53,924 nucleotides of DNA from an uncultured Bacillales bacterium (GCA_947168965.1 CAMVNW010000003.1:1-53924); one strand, 5' to 3'; counted from the first letter of the stretch, positions 1-9,332 are shown. Translations and numbers: made by a program. The notes: generated from the letters alone by a model not told the origin.

Positions 1-371
1 TTTAAATGAGTAGTAACAACAACTTGAAATCTATCTCCCCACATTTCTTTAGCAAGCTCCATTCCAATCTTATGAGCTTCATCTGGAGTAACTTCTCCCT
101 CTTTAAAGGATTGATATGCATGCCAAGCGAGGATACCGTCTGTCTTGCAAAATTTATTTTTTATTGCTACCATCTCTTTATTTGCATTTTTAGGATCACA
201 GTTAATACCAGATATGTATAATGATTCTTCAGTTTTATCTCCATTCTCTGCATAATCAATAACACTTTTTAAATCTTCAAATTTAGATAAGTCAGTTTTT
301 TCATTATCTTCTGCATAATCAACAACTTGTCCTAAATTACTCTGTACCTTCCAAATCTTTACGACAGCTAT
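1..371 (-). CDS. MOB_P-family relaxase, N-terminal part (truncated by window edge; absent from ORF track)
   Basis: Manual translation: (I/M)AVVKIWKV...VIDYAENGDKT...LYISGINC...AWHAYQSFKEGEVTPDEAHKIGMELAKEMWGDRFQVVVTTHL. Shows relaxase motif I Tyr, motif II HxxQSF...E..P..AH.IG and the start of motif III. Directly downstream of mobC. Confidence 0.92.
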   Translation of the reverse strand, partial: MAVVKIWKVQSNLGQVVDYAEDNEKTDLSKFEDLKSVIDYAENGDKTEESLYISGINCDPKNANKEMVAIKNKFCKTDGILAWHAYQSFKEGEVTPDEAHKIGMELAKEMWGDRFQVVVTTHL

Positions 372-390
372 GCATATCACCTTCTTTCAA

Positions 391-702
391 TTAAATATAT
401 TTGTTATAAATATTATTTTTTAATTTTTCCAATTCATTAAATTGTTGGTTAAGTTGTTCTTCGTAAATACTTCCAGTTGAATTTGCTATTCTTGCTAATT
501 GATTTATATTAACTCCAATCTTATTAATCTTATCAATCGCATCATAGAACTCTTTAGGTGGACATTCCTTAACTTGTGTTTCATATAATAGCTTTCTTAT
601 CGTATTTGATTCACTAAGATTTAGAATAGAAGACAGATATTTTAATTGTCTGTCTTCATCATAACTAAACCAAAAATTTTTTTTAATTGTTTTTCTTCTC
701 AT
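391..702 (-). CDS. mobC: MobC relaxosome accessory protein
   Basis: IGVNINQLARIAN motif typical of MobC, RHH-like N-terminus, upstream of relaxase. Confidence 0.88.
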   Translation of the reverse strand: MRRKTIKKNFWFSYDEDRQLKYLSSILNLSESNTIRKLLYETQVKECPPKEFYDAIDKINKIGVNINQLARIANSTGSIYEEQLNQQFNELEKLKNNIYNKYI

Positions 703-829
703 CTTTTAATCTAGGCAACTCAATTCCACTATCTTTAGAAACACTTTTTACATAATATAAACATATAAAAGTTATTCCAGATAATAGTCCTATGATTAGC
801 CCTAGTAAAAAGAATAATAACTCTACCAT
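683..829 (-). CDS. Small single-TM peptide (48 aa, MVELLFFLLGLIIGLLSGITFMCLYYVKS...), DUF3789-like
   Basis: Perfect GGAGGT RBS before ATG at 829, hydrophobic N-half, overlaps mobC start; below ORF-track cutoff. Confidence 0.65.
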   Translation of the reverse strand: MVELLFFLLGLIIGLLSGITFICLYYVKSVSKDSGIELPRLKDEKKNN

Positions 830-854
830 AAACTACCTCCATTCAATATAATCA

Positions 855-920
855 GGGGATTGGGGATTTCCCCATAATACGAGGAAAGTCCTCTGTGGGA
901 GGAACTTTCCAATGCTTGCT
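855..920. other. Candidate oriT (MOB_P type)
   Basis: GC-rich intergenic island with inverted repeats TGGGGA-TT-TCCCCA (861-874) and GGAAAGTCCTC...GAGGAACTTTCC (883-910), immediately followed by AATGCTTGC (911-919). GCTTG^C resembles the pC221-family nic motif. Located just upstream of mobC-relaxase. Confidence 0.7.
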
Positions 921-946
921 AAATAAAGAGCCAACAAAGTGGCTCT
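921..946 (-). terminator. Intrinsic terminator after 951..1310
   Basis: AGAGCCA/TGGCTCT stem followed by TTATTT on the minus strand. Confidence 0.6.
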
Positions 947-950
947 ATAA

Positions 951-1310
951 TTATCTTTCAAGATCAACCTTATTTTTCATATTGCTTTTAGCATTATTTC
1001 TTTCAACTAAATCGTTAAGAGGATACCATATAGATTCATATAAATCATCATAGCTTTCACATTCACTTTTCATATAATAGTTATATAATGTGTAAGCAGG
1101 ATTATCTTCTTTTAATAGAGCTTTAACAGCATCTATTCTAAATCTTCCTAATGATGGATCACACATATCAACAAATTCTTGATAGTGTGCTATCTCAAAT
1201 GAATTATTAAATATCTCCTCTTTAGACTTAGTTAATTGGTCTTTTTTATATTCTTCAAACTTTGTATTAACCTTATTCCAAAGTTCTTCTCTTAACTTTT
1301 CTTCACTCAT
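951..1310 (-). CDS. ICE hypothetical protein, DUF3848-like
   Basis: EEYKKDQLTKSKEEIFNNSFEI pattern and context next to mob genes. Confidence 0.55.
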   Translation of the reverse strand: MSEEKLREELWNKVNTKFEEYKKDQLTKSKEEIFNNSFEIAHYQEFVDMCDPSLGRFRIDAVKALLKEDNPAYTLYNYYMKSECESYDDLYESIWYPLNDLVERNNAKSNMKNKVDLER

Positions 1311-1311
1311 A

Positions 1312-1656
1312 TTACATCTCAGGTTCAGGTTCAGTTTTTGCTTTTGAAGATAGGAATGATACTTTATCAGCTATTATATTCATAGCAAATTTCTTTTCTC
1401 CATCTTTCTCATAGGAATCAGTTTGGATTCTTCCTTTAACTCCAACTAAATCTCCTTTTCTACAATACTCACTAGTTGTTACTGCAATATTAGACCATAA
1501 AGTTACATCAATAAAATCTGTTTCATAAACTCCTTCTTCATTTTTATAACTTCTAGGAACAGCTAAAGTTAAATTGGATAACTTTGCTCCATTTTCTGTT
1601 TCTTTAATTTCTGGATCTCTTACAATTCTTCCAACTAAAACTGTTTGATTAAGCAT
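1312..1656 (-). CDS. ssb: Single-stranded DNA-binding protein (short, no acidic DDLPF tail)
   Basis: MLNQTVLVGRIVRDPE...TDFIDVTLW...KGDLVGVKGRIQT OB-fold motifs. Confidence 0.93.
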   Translation of the reverse strand: MLNQTVLVGRIVRDPEIKETENGAKLSNLTLAVPRSYKNEEGVYETDFIDVTLWSNIAVTTSEYCRKGDLVGVKGRIQTDSYEKDGEKKFAMNIIADKVSFLSSKAKTEPEPEM

Positions 1657-1963
1657 TTAAATCACTCTCCTTACTTTTCTTATATTCTTCTTTTTTAGCA
1701 ATTAATTCTTCCATCCAATTTTTAGATGTTTCTACAATTATTGAATTTCTATTTAACAAATTAATTAAGAATCTTGCTTCTGATGGATAAAGATTCATAG
1801 TTACTTTTCCATCTTTTACATATGAATAAGTCATAATCTTATCAAAAAATTTTTTACCATCTTTTTGACTTTCTTCATTACTTTTTTCTAATGATTCATT
1901 TGTTAGTTCTACTATTTTATTAAAGTCGTTTTCTATAAAAGTTACTCTTACTTGTCCATTCAT
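1649..1963 (-). CDS. Hypothetical protein
   Basis: ORF with RBS, coupled to neighbours. Confidence 0.7.
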   Translation of the reverse strand: MNGQVRVTFIENDFNKIVELTNESLEKSNEESQKDGKKFFDKIMTYSYVKDGKVTMNLYPSEARFLINLLNRNSIIVETSKNWMEELIAKKEEYKKSKESDLNA

Positions 1964-1964
1964 A

Positions 1965-2228
1965 TTATTCTTCTCCTTGAGTAAAAATAGGTAAAACTAA
2001 AATATCTCTTGCCATTAAAAAGATACCTTCTTCATCTTGATCAAATGAACCTTTAACTCTTATAATTTCATTTCCTTGTAATTCTTCTATTAAGTCTATT
2101 CTAAAGTCATCATTGAATCTAAATTCAATAATGTCCTCATTATTTTTTACTTGAAAAGATTTATTATCTAAATCTCTATCATATAAATATCCTTCAATTA
2201 ATATTTCGTTTTTCATTTTATTATTCAT
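1965..2228 (-). CDS. Hypothetical protein, possible degenerate OB-fold (SSB/PriB-like)
   Basis: NEILIEGYL...IIRVKGSF echoes SSB strands. Start revised to ATG 2228 after AGAAAGGA RBS. Confidence 0.55.
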   Translation of the reverse strand: MNNKMKNEILIEGYLYDRDLDNKSFQVKNNEDIIEFRFNDDFRIDLIEELQGNEIIRVKGSFDQDEEGIFLMARDILVLPIFTQGEE

Positions 2229-2472
2229 AATTATTTTCCTTTCTTGTATTATTATTTTTTTCTTCAATTCCACATAAAAAAGCGACTAGTTTTTTACTTG
2301 CTAAGGAGTTCTTTATTCCTACAGCAATCACTAATTCGCTTCTATTGAAATTAGGTTGAGATAATAATTCTTCAACCTTTAAATTAATTATTTTATTATC
2401 GGTGTTATAACCAATATTAACCAGTTTTTCAAAGACTCTAAATCTTTCTCTGATTGTCTTTTCTTTATCCAT
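2221..2472 (-). CDS. Hypothetical ICE protein
   Basis: ORF with RBS; start revised to ATG 2472. Confidence 0.7.
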   Translation of the reverse strand: MDKEKTIRERFRVFEKLVNIGYNTDNKIINLKVEELLSQPNFNRSELVIAVGIKNSLASKKLVAFLCGIEEKNNNTRKENNYE

Positions 2473-2495
2473 TCTCACCACCCTTTCAATCTATA

Positions 2496-3125
2496 TCATT
2501 TGGTATTAGTTAATTCACATATAACAACTATTTGTCTATTAGTGTTATGTCTGCAAGTAACTAATGTTAAGGTGTTAGTATTTTTATTTCTAATAATTTG
2601 AGCTTTACCTGTTTTATCTATGTCATAAATGTTTACTACTTTATATGTATAATTTTTACCTTTATAATCTATTGTTACTACATCATCAATAGATAACTTA
2701 TCTAAATTTCTAAAATAAGATACTCGTGCATTTCCAGAATGAGCTGCTAACATTACATTTCCATTTCTCTCATCTGGCATTGCAGAATTATTTAATATTT
2801 GAACATTATAATCAATGTTATTAAGATAACTATTTGGATTTACTAAACCTCTTTCTAAATTAATTTTAGGGATTTTAAGTACAGCAATATATTCTATTTT
2901 CTTTTGCTCTTTCACTTCTTCATTTTTAGGTTCTTCATCCTTTTTATCATCATTAATTATCTCTTGCTCTTGTATATAAAAATCTTTCAAAGCATCTTTT
3001 TCTTGGTTATCTAATTTCTTATTCATAGCAACATAATAAGTAATAACACTTATTCCTAAGAATAAAAGTAAAAAGCCAGTTATTCCTAACCAGCTTTTCC
3101 TATTTCTTTCTTTTTTTGTTTGCAT
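2496..3125 (-). CDS. Sortase (class D/C-like), ICE-encoded
   Basis: N-terminal TM, LKIPKINL, LAAHSG (His), TLTLVTC (Cys), downstream Arg. Confidence 0.92.
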   Translation of the reverse strand: MQTKKERNRKSWLGITGFLLLFLGISVITYYVAMNKKLDNQEKDALKDFYIQEQEIINDDKKDEEPKNEEVKEQKKIEYIAVLKIPKINLERGLVNPNSYLNNIDYNVQILNNSAMPDERNGNVMLAAHSGNARVSYFRNLDKLSIDDVVTIDYKGKNYTYKVVNIYDIDKTGKAQIIRNKNTNTLTLVTCRHNTNRQIVVICELTNTK

Positions 3126-5874
3126 AAACAACAGCTCCAACACCTAATAGAATTAAAATAACACCACCAATGATAACTTCTTTTGTTTCGTTTTTATCAG
3201 TATTAGGAACTTCAATTATTTGTTCATCCTTCATAACTGACTTAACTACTTGTCCATCTTCAGTTATTTCAAAATACATTTTTTCAGTATTTAATTGATA
3301 ACCTTCTGGAGCTTCTTTTTCTAAAATATAGTATTTACCATATTTTATTTTATCTATTACAATCATACCTTTATCATCAGTTCTACCAGAGAATACTAAT
3401 TCATCAGTATCAGCATTATATATTTCAATCAAGGTATTTGGTAGTGGTTGATCTGTAGAAAAATCTACTTTTGTAAATTCTAATGTACCTGTGATGTCTT
3501 CATCTTTCATAGTTGCTTTAATTACTTCACCGTTTTCTTTAACTTCAAAAGGCATCTTTTCTTCATTTAATTTGTATCCTTCAGGAGCTTCTTTTTCTAC
3601 TATGTAATACTTTCCTTGTGGTAATCTTTCAATAACAATTTTACCTTCAGAATCAGTTTTACCAGTAAATACTAATTCATCATTTTCAGTATAAATCTCT
3701 ATTGTTGTATTAGGTAATGTCTTAGATTCTGAGAAATCTGTTTTAGTAAATTCTAATTTACCAGTTTTTAATATATTTAAAATTGCTTTTGAATATACAA
3801 TTACTGGTGTATATTGGTCTTCATAAACTAATTCAAATTCATATTTGTTTTCATCTAAAACATAATTATCTAATGTTTCAATTTCTTGAATATAATATTT
3901 TCCTAAATATAATTTATCAAAAGTAATATTACCGTTTTTATCAGAAGTTTTTTCTGCTATTTTAGAATCTTTAGTAGCAATTACATTTCCATTCCAGATT
4001 ATATCTTCTTTAGCATATAATACAAATTTAACTCCTTTTAATGCTTCTGTTTTAAATTCAAATCCATCTTCAGTAAGAACAGCAACTTCACCTGTTTTCT
4101 TAATTTGAACTTCACCTACAACTCTTTGATTTTCAAAATCAGTATCAAAAATAATTCCATATTCAGAATCAGTTCTTAAATTAGAATTTTCATCAATACT
4201 AAATTCGTGTGATGATTGATTCCATAAATAACCATCAATTTTTTGATCTACTTCTTCTAATTTGTAAGTACCTGTATTTAATGGATATGGAGTTGTAAAT
4301 TCACCATTCTCATCAGTTTCAAACTCACAATAAGTTGTTCTTTCTGGATATGTAACTGTTTGGCATACATATTCATTTTTATCTACACTAAATATTTTGA
4401 ATTTAATACCAGCTCTTTTAATAACTTCTTTTGTATCTTTATCAATTTTAACTACTCTAAGTTTTGCAGTTATTTCAGCATTCGCTAAAGTCTTTTTTAC
4501 TACCTTTCCTGTTTCTTTAACTTCAATAGTCATATCTTCAATTTTTTCATGTCCTTTTGTTGAAGTTAATTGTTTTAATGTATAAGTTCCATAAGGTAAA
4601 TTGAATTTAAAATTACCTTGTTCATCAGTAGTAAGATGTTTTACTTCTTCACTTTTGTTATTATAAATACCAAATTCAATACCAACTTCTGGAGTCATTT
4701 CTCCTGTTTTATCATTAGCATATACTTTTGTAAAATCATAATCTCTATTGATTACTTTTTCAAAAACTTGAATTTCAGGATATAAACTATCAGTAGTTAT
4801 ATCAAAATAATATTTATTTTTATCTAATTGATAACCAGTAGAAGCTTTTTCTTCTAGTACATAGAATCTACCTAAACTTGGTAAATAATCACTAGTAACT
4901 TTACCTTCATAATCAGTTGTAATAGTACCTACTTTTGTACCATCTTCTTTATAAACACCATAGACAGCACCCTCTAAAGTTGCTTCACCTTGAGGAATAT
5001 TTGTATAAGTATCTTCATCAGTTTTATGAACTGTTACTTTACCACCAATAACAGTAATATTAAATCTTGTTCTAATTGGATCTATATTACCTCTCCTCAT
5101 AGCATTTTGACTATCAACAGCATAATATAATCTAACAGGTTCTCCATATCTATTGCCCGTTCTAGTTAAATCAAATGATAAAGTTCCAACTTGATTAGCA
5201 GTAATATTTAAACTATTACCATTTTTTGAAACATTACCACCATTAACATTCTCAATATTAAAGTTAGATACAACACCGTTAGCATCAGTAACAGTTATTG
5301 TATTTCCAATAACCATTTCACTAGGTGTATTATCAAATCTAGGTGCTACAGTATGAGAATTTGCAAGTGCTTCAATTTCATTCATTTCAGCTCTTAAAAT
5401 ACTATCATCTCTACCAGAGTGAGATGCACTTGAGAAATAACTTTCAACACCAGGATCTGCATATTGCCAAATTAACATTTGAGTTGCAGCATACCATTTG
5501 TCTGCACTATGGTCGTATCCATTTTCTACATATCCATAACCATAGTAAGCAAGTCTTTCAATTTTTTTCCAGTTATCATAACTGATATTAGCAACAGCAG
5601 ATAAATCTTCTGTCGTTACTTGATAAGTTGAACCAGTGATTTTTACAAAAGGTTGAACACAATAAACCCAAGCTCCATCACTTGATCTTTCTATAAATTG
5701 GGATTGTTCCCAGAACTGACTACTACCTCTAACATGATTGTAGTGGTAAGGTCCTTGTACATATCTTCCAGCTCTTATTCCATCAGTTGCAGCATTAACA
5801 TTTTTAATTCCTGCTATAGAACCAATAAGAGTAATTGCTAGAAATAAAATCATTCTTATTTTCTTTTTAAACAT
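3100..5874 (-). CDS. Sortase-anchored adhesin: Cys-Gln thioester domain plus multiple SpaA/Cna-B repeats
   Basis: Signal peptide; YCVQP...ATQMLIW thioester motif; repeated K.D...G.Y...E..AP.GY domains; VPNT + TM + KKRKK sorting signal. Confidence 0.9.
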   Translation of the reverse strand: MFKKKIRMILFLAITLIGSIAGIKNVNAATDGIRAGRYVQGPYHYNHVRGSSQFWEQSQFIERSSDGAWVYCVQPFVKITGSTYQVTTEDLSAVANISYDNWKKIERLAYYGYGYVENGYDHSADKWYAATQMLIWQYADPGVESYFSSASHSGRDDSILRAEMNEIEALANSHTVAPRFDNTPSEMVIGNTITVTDANGVVSNFNIENVNGGNVSKNGNSLNITANQVGTLSFDLTRTGNRYGEPVRLYYAVDSQNAMRRGNIDPIRTRFNITVIGGKVTVHKTDEDTYTNIPQGEATLEGAVYGVYKEDGTKVGTITTDYEGKVTSDYLPSLGRFYVLEEKASTGYQLDKNKYYFDITTDSLYPEIQVFEKVINRDYDFTKVYANDKTGEMTPEVGIEFGIYNNKSEEVKHLTTDEQGNFKFNLPYGTYTLKQLTSTKGHEKIEDMTIEVKETGKVVKKTLANAEITAKLRVVKIDKDTKEVIKRAGIKFKIFSVDKNEYVCQTVTYPERTTYCEFETDENGEFTTPYPLNTGTYKLEEVDQKIDGYLWNQSSHEFSIDENSNLRTDSEYGIIFDTDFENQRVVGEVQIKKTGEVAVLTEDGFEFKTEALKGVKFVLYAKEDIIWNGNVIATKDSKIAEKTSDKNGNITFDKLYLGKYYIQEIETLDNYVLDENKYEFELVYEDQYTPVIVYSKAILNILKTGKLEFTKTDFSESKTLPNTTIEIYTENDELVFTGKTDSEGKIVIERLPQGKYYIVEKEAPEGYKLNEEKMPFEVKENGEVIKATMKDEDITGTLEFTKVDFSTDQPLPNTLIEIYNADTDELVFSGRTDDKGMIVIDKIKYGKYYILEKEAPEGYQLNTEKMYFEITEDGQVVKSVMKDEQIIEVPNTDKNETKEVIIGGVILILLGVGAVVYANKKRKK

Positions 5875-5898
5875 AATAAACCTCCCTAAAATAAGATA

Positions 5899-5924
5899 TA
5901 AAAAAAGAACTCATAAAGAGTCCT
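5899..5924 (-). terminator. Terminator-like hairpin upstream of adhesin gene
   Basis: GGACTC-TTTAT-GAGTTC followed by T7 on the minus strand. Confidence 0.55.
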
Positions 5925-6528
5925 AATAATTTAATTTTTCTGTATCAAACATTACACCTAAGAATTTACCAGATGCACTAGTTATTTCTCTACAATTATA
6001 TAATACTTCTCCATTTAGATATGGAGCATAGTTATCACCATAATTCAAACACTCATTCATTGAAGAAAAATCTACTCTTTCCCAACTATGCATTGGTTGA
6101 TTGTAATATTGATCTTCGGTCATTCCCCAAGCTTCCCAAGGTCCAGATTGTTTAACTGGTTCTGGTGCTTGTGGTTGTTCTACTACAACATTATTCTGTT
6201 GTGTAGATTGTTGTATGTTATTTTGTGGTGTTTGACTAGGAGTATTATTTGTAGATGTTTCTTTACTAGAAGACTTTTGACTTTCTTTTTTTGTTTCTTG
6301 TTTCTCCTCTTTAGGAGGAACAGTTTCATCTTTCTTATCATCTTTTTCCTTTACATCTATTTCTTCAGTCTTAGCTGTAATATCCTCTTTTGTTTTTTCA
6401 GAAGTTTCAATAACTTCATCTGTTTTAGTTTCTTTAAAATTTGATTTATTACTTTTAAAATAAATCACCCCTGTACCTATTATTAAAACTAAAAGAATAA
6501 TAAGTATTGGTATAATTTTCTTTTTCAA
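5923..6528 (-). CDS. Membrane-anchored protein with low-complexity K/E/T/Q linker and small Cys-containing C-domain
   Basis: N-terminal TM; TTG start after AAAGGGTG RBS. Confidence 0.75.
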   Translation of the reverse strand: MKKKIIPILIILLVLIIGTGVIYFKSNKSNFKETKTDEVIETSEKTKEDITAKTEEIDVKEKDDKKDETVPPKEEKQETKKESQKSSSKETSTNNTPSQTPQNNIQQSTQQNNVVVEQPQAPEPVKQSGPWEAWGMTEDQYYNQPMHSWERVDFSSMNECLNYGDNYAPYLNGEVLYNCREITSASGKFLGVMFDTEKLNY

Positions 6529-6608
6529 AAGAATCACCCTTTCTAATTTGCATTATATTAAATACAAAATTAGATGCAAGTTTACGAATATACCCTAACT
6601 CATAATAA

Positions 6609-7583
6609 TCACCTACAATCCCTTTCCATTTGTCTTATATGCTTTGAATAATATTCACAAGCTTTTAAAACAAAATCTTCAACCTTATCTCTTTCAATGT
6701 TTTTAGGAAGCACTTTATAAAGTTTATCTTCCTTAATTTTAAATTGAAGAATTTGATTAGGTTTTTCCTTATTCATAATATTATCAATAGTTTCTTCTAC
6801 TAATAATCCTTTTTGACTAAGTTCTTTTAATTGTATTGATTGAGCATGACTAGGAGTAGAAAGATTAAAATCAATATATTCAACAAGTATTTTTTGTTCA
6901 TCCTTCTTTAAGTAAGATAATTCTACTGCTGGTGTTAGTGCTATAGAAGGTAATTCTTTATTTTTAATTTCAGAATTATCTACCATCTCTAATAATTCAG
7001 GAATAAGATATGTTAATCTTATATATCTTTGTATTTGCCTTGCACTTTCACCTAGTTCATCAGATAAAATATTATCACTTCTAACTACTGTGCCAACTTG
7101 GCACACCTCTGTGTCATGTTGGTTCACAGTATCTTTTCTTTGATTTTTTAGAGCTTCATATTTCATCTTATAGGCAAATGCTTTTTCAGATGGTAATAAT
7201 TTTTCCCTTTGAAGATTACTATCAACCATAAAGATTGTAGCCTCATCATCAGATAGATTTTTAATAATACATTTAATTTTATCTATTCCTAATGATTTAC
7301 AAGCAAACATTCTTCTATGTCCTGATAACATTTCATATCTACCATCATCTTTTTGTCGTATTATAACAGGAGATAAAACTCCACTTGTTTTAATACTTTC
7401 CTTTAAAGATTTCATATCATCATTATCTAAAACTTTGAAAGGATGATCTTTAAAATTATCAATTAATGAAATATCAATTTCCTCAATTTTTTCTTTAGCA
7501 GCATCATCTCTCTGTTCTTGTGTTGTAAAGAAATCATCGAACTTGAACGGCATTGGTATCTCTTGCTTTTTCTTCTCGTTCAT
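6609..7583 (-). CDS. parB: ParB/RepB/Spo0J family partition protein
   Basis: GVLSPVIIR...YEMLSGHRR, MVDSNLQRE..LPSEKAFAYKMK, HTH SARQIQRYIRL. Confidence 0.93.
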   Translation of the reverse strand: MNEKKKQEIPMPFKFDDFFTTQEQRDDAAKEKIEEIDISLIDNFKDHPFKVLDNDDMKSLKESIKTSGVLSPVIIRQKDDGRYEMLSGHRRMFACKSLGIDKIKCIIKNLSDDEATIFMVDSNLQREKLLPSEKAFAYKMKYEALKNQRKDTVNQHDTEVCQVGTVVRSDNILSDELGESARQIQRYIRLTYLIPELLEMVDNSEIKNKELPSIALTPAVELSYLKKDEQKILVEYIDFNLSTPSHAQSIQLKELSQKGLLVEETIDNIMNKEKPNQILQFKIKEDKLYKVLPKNIERDKVEDFVLKACEYYSKHIRQMERDCR

Positions 7584-8364
7584 AATTTATGACCTCCTTT
7601 GCAAAATTCTTATAGCTCTCTGCTATCTTACTATTTTTATCATAAGATAAAATACTTTCTCCTACTCTTGTTGTTTCTGCTATCTTTACTGCTCTTGGTA
7701 TAGTAGAATCAAATAGTTTAAATACAGTACCATAAGTTTCTCTTAATTCTTTACTAATATCTTTAGCTAAATTTGTTCTACCATCAACCATAGTTAAGAG
7801 AATACCACCTACTTTTAAATTAGGATTAATATATTTTCTTACTTGTAGAATAGATGTCATTAAATGACTCATACCTTTAGCAGCCAAAAATTCAGATTGT
7901 ACTGGAATAATAACTTTATCTGCACAAGCTAAAGCATTTGTAGTTAAAAGAGCCAAACTAGGCATACAATCAATTAAAATATAATCATAATCTTTTTTAA
8001 GAGGTGCTATTGTATTTCTCATAATATATTCTCTACACATAGCTTGATAAAGATTAGCATCTGTTGCAGATAACTCCAAATTAGATGGAATAAGTTCTAC
8101 ACCTTCGTCATGTTTAAGAATAGCTTTTCTAGGTTCTACCTCCTCATCTTTAATAGATTGATTCATTAAAGTAGAAATAGTTATAGGAATTCTATCTGCA
8201 TTATGCCAACCCATATAAGTTGTTAAATCACCTTGAGGATCTGCATCAATGAGTAAAACTTTTTTACCTTCCTGAGCAAGTGCTACTCCTAGATTAAATG
8301 TAGTCGTTGTTTTACCAACTCCACCCTTTTGATTAGCTATAGCAATAACTTCACATTTCGGCAC
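7534..8364 (-). CDS. parA: ParA/Soj family ATPase
   Basis: ANQKGGVGKTTT deviant Walker A, DADPQG, YDYILIDC. Confidence 0.95.
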   Translation of the reverse strand: MPKCEVIAIANQKGGVGKTTTTFNLGVALAQEGKKVLLIDADPQGDLTTYMGWHNADRIPITISTLMNQSIKDEEVEPRKAILKHDEGVELIPSNLELSATDANLYQAMCREYIMRNTIAPLKKDYDYILIDCMPSLALLTTNALACADKVIIPVQSEFLAAKGMSHLMTSILQVRKYINPNLKVGGILLTMVDGRTNLAKDISKELRETYGTVFKLFDSTIPRAVKIAETTRVGESILSYDKNSKIAESYKNFAKEVINYEREEKARDTNAVQVR

Positions 8365-8369
8365 TTTCT

Positions 8370-9161
8370 TCACCTCCCTTCTCTATCTATAAACTTATAG
8401 TCATCCCAAAAAGAACTATTATCATCATCTGGATATAATTCTTCGTTATAACTATTAAGTTTTCTAAAATTAGATTCGATAGAGGTTTTTAAATACCCAA
8501 ATTTATTTGAAATATCTTTTCCTTCCTCATCGATAAAACTTCTAGACATTACTCTAGGAACAATGTAATGAATTGCCGAGTAAATATCTGTATATGAATT
8601 TCCATTATTAACATACTTATCAAATAAGCTGTCATATAAAAGTATTTGTTCATCATCTTCTTTTATATAACCTGTTCTAATTAATTCATTTATTAAGGTC
8701 TTGTGCTTTAAAGCAATGCCTTTTTGAGATTTATCTATATTATCTATATTGTCATTTTTATTATTAATATTAGATTCTTTAATATTAGATTGGTTATAGT
8801 TTTCCTCGTTTGGTTCATCCAGGTATGGATTTTCCCTATCTGGTTTAATTCCCATTTTTAAGTCCTTTTCAAAGGGATTCTCAAAAATAAGGTAATTGTA
8901 CCTAAAAGTACCTTTTTCAGTCCTTAGCTTTTGAATTTCGATGTAATTATGGCATTTTAATTCATTCAATGTACTTCTAATTGTATCTGTACTTTCTTTA
9001 CATATTGCAACTAACCCAGCTAATGAATAATCCCAGTCATCAGGTAAACTCAACATTTTACTCATTAATCCTGCTGCTTTTAAAGATAAATTCTTATCTT
9101 TTAAGTGATAATTACTCATAACTGTAAAATCACCATTTTTAAAAACTTTAAATTCTCTCAT
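8370..9161 (-). CDS. Phage/ICE-type HTH replication initiator (replisome organiser-like)
   Basis: FTVMSNYHLKDKNLSLKAAGLMSKMLSLPDDWDYS N-terminal motif followed by an N-rich linker. Confidence 0.78.
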   Translation of the reverse strand: MREFKVFKNGDFTVMSNYHLKDKNLSLKAAGLMSKMLSLPDDWDYSLAGLVAICKESTDTIRSTLNELKCHNYIEIQKLRTEKGTFRYNYLIFENPFEKDLKMGIKPDRENPYLDEPNEENYNQSNIKESNINNKNDNIDNIDKSQKGIALKHKTLINELIRTGYIKEDDEQILLYDSLFDKYVNNGNSYTDIYSAIHYIVPRVMSRSFIDEEGKDISNKFGYLKTSIESNFRKLNSYNEELYPDDDNSSFWDDYKFIDREGR

Positions 9162-9181
9162 AGACTCTCCTTTCTATAAGA

Positions 9182-9210
9182 AACAAAAAAAGATGAAATT
9201 AATCATCTTA
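9182..9210 (-). terminator. Intrinsic terminator at element boundary
   Basis: AAGATGA-TTAATT-TCATCTT followed by T-run on the minus strand. Confidence 0.6.
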
Positions 9211-9332
9211 TTCAATAACTAGGTAAGCATTAAATCTAACAACTTGATGCACATAATTTAGCCTTTTCTTCGGATTTGTATCAAAGGTTTTCCTCTTAAA
9301 TTCCCTGCTAATTCGGTATTTTTGCGATTTTG

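Larger units (their letters stand above)
1..9330 (-). mobile_element. One end of an integrative conjugative/mobilisable element (continues beyond left edge)
   Basis: Co-oriented rep-parA-parB-adhesin-sortase-ssb-oriT-mobC-relaxase module, with abrupt switch to housekeeping genes after ~9.3 kb. No integrase in the window and the exact att site is not determined. Confidence 0.85.

Noticed and set aside
6-221. Plus-strand 71-aa ORF
   Set aside because: Antisense shadow of the relaxase
6583-6590. TACGAATA (ComX/SigX cin-box)
   Set aside because: Points antisense into parB with no downstream plus-strand gene; likely chance
8730-8760. TTATCTATA tandem repeat in the rep gene as iterons
   Set aside because: Only about 2.5 copies encoding DNIDNID; insufficient to call an origin
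9210-9332. tRNA/tmRNA integration target at the ICE boundary
   Set aside because: No cloverleaf, T-loop GTTCGA or CCA end recognisable
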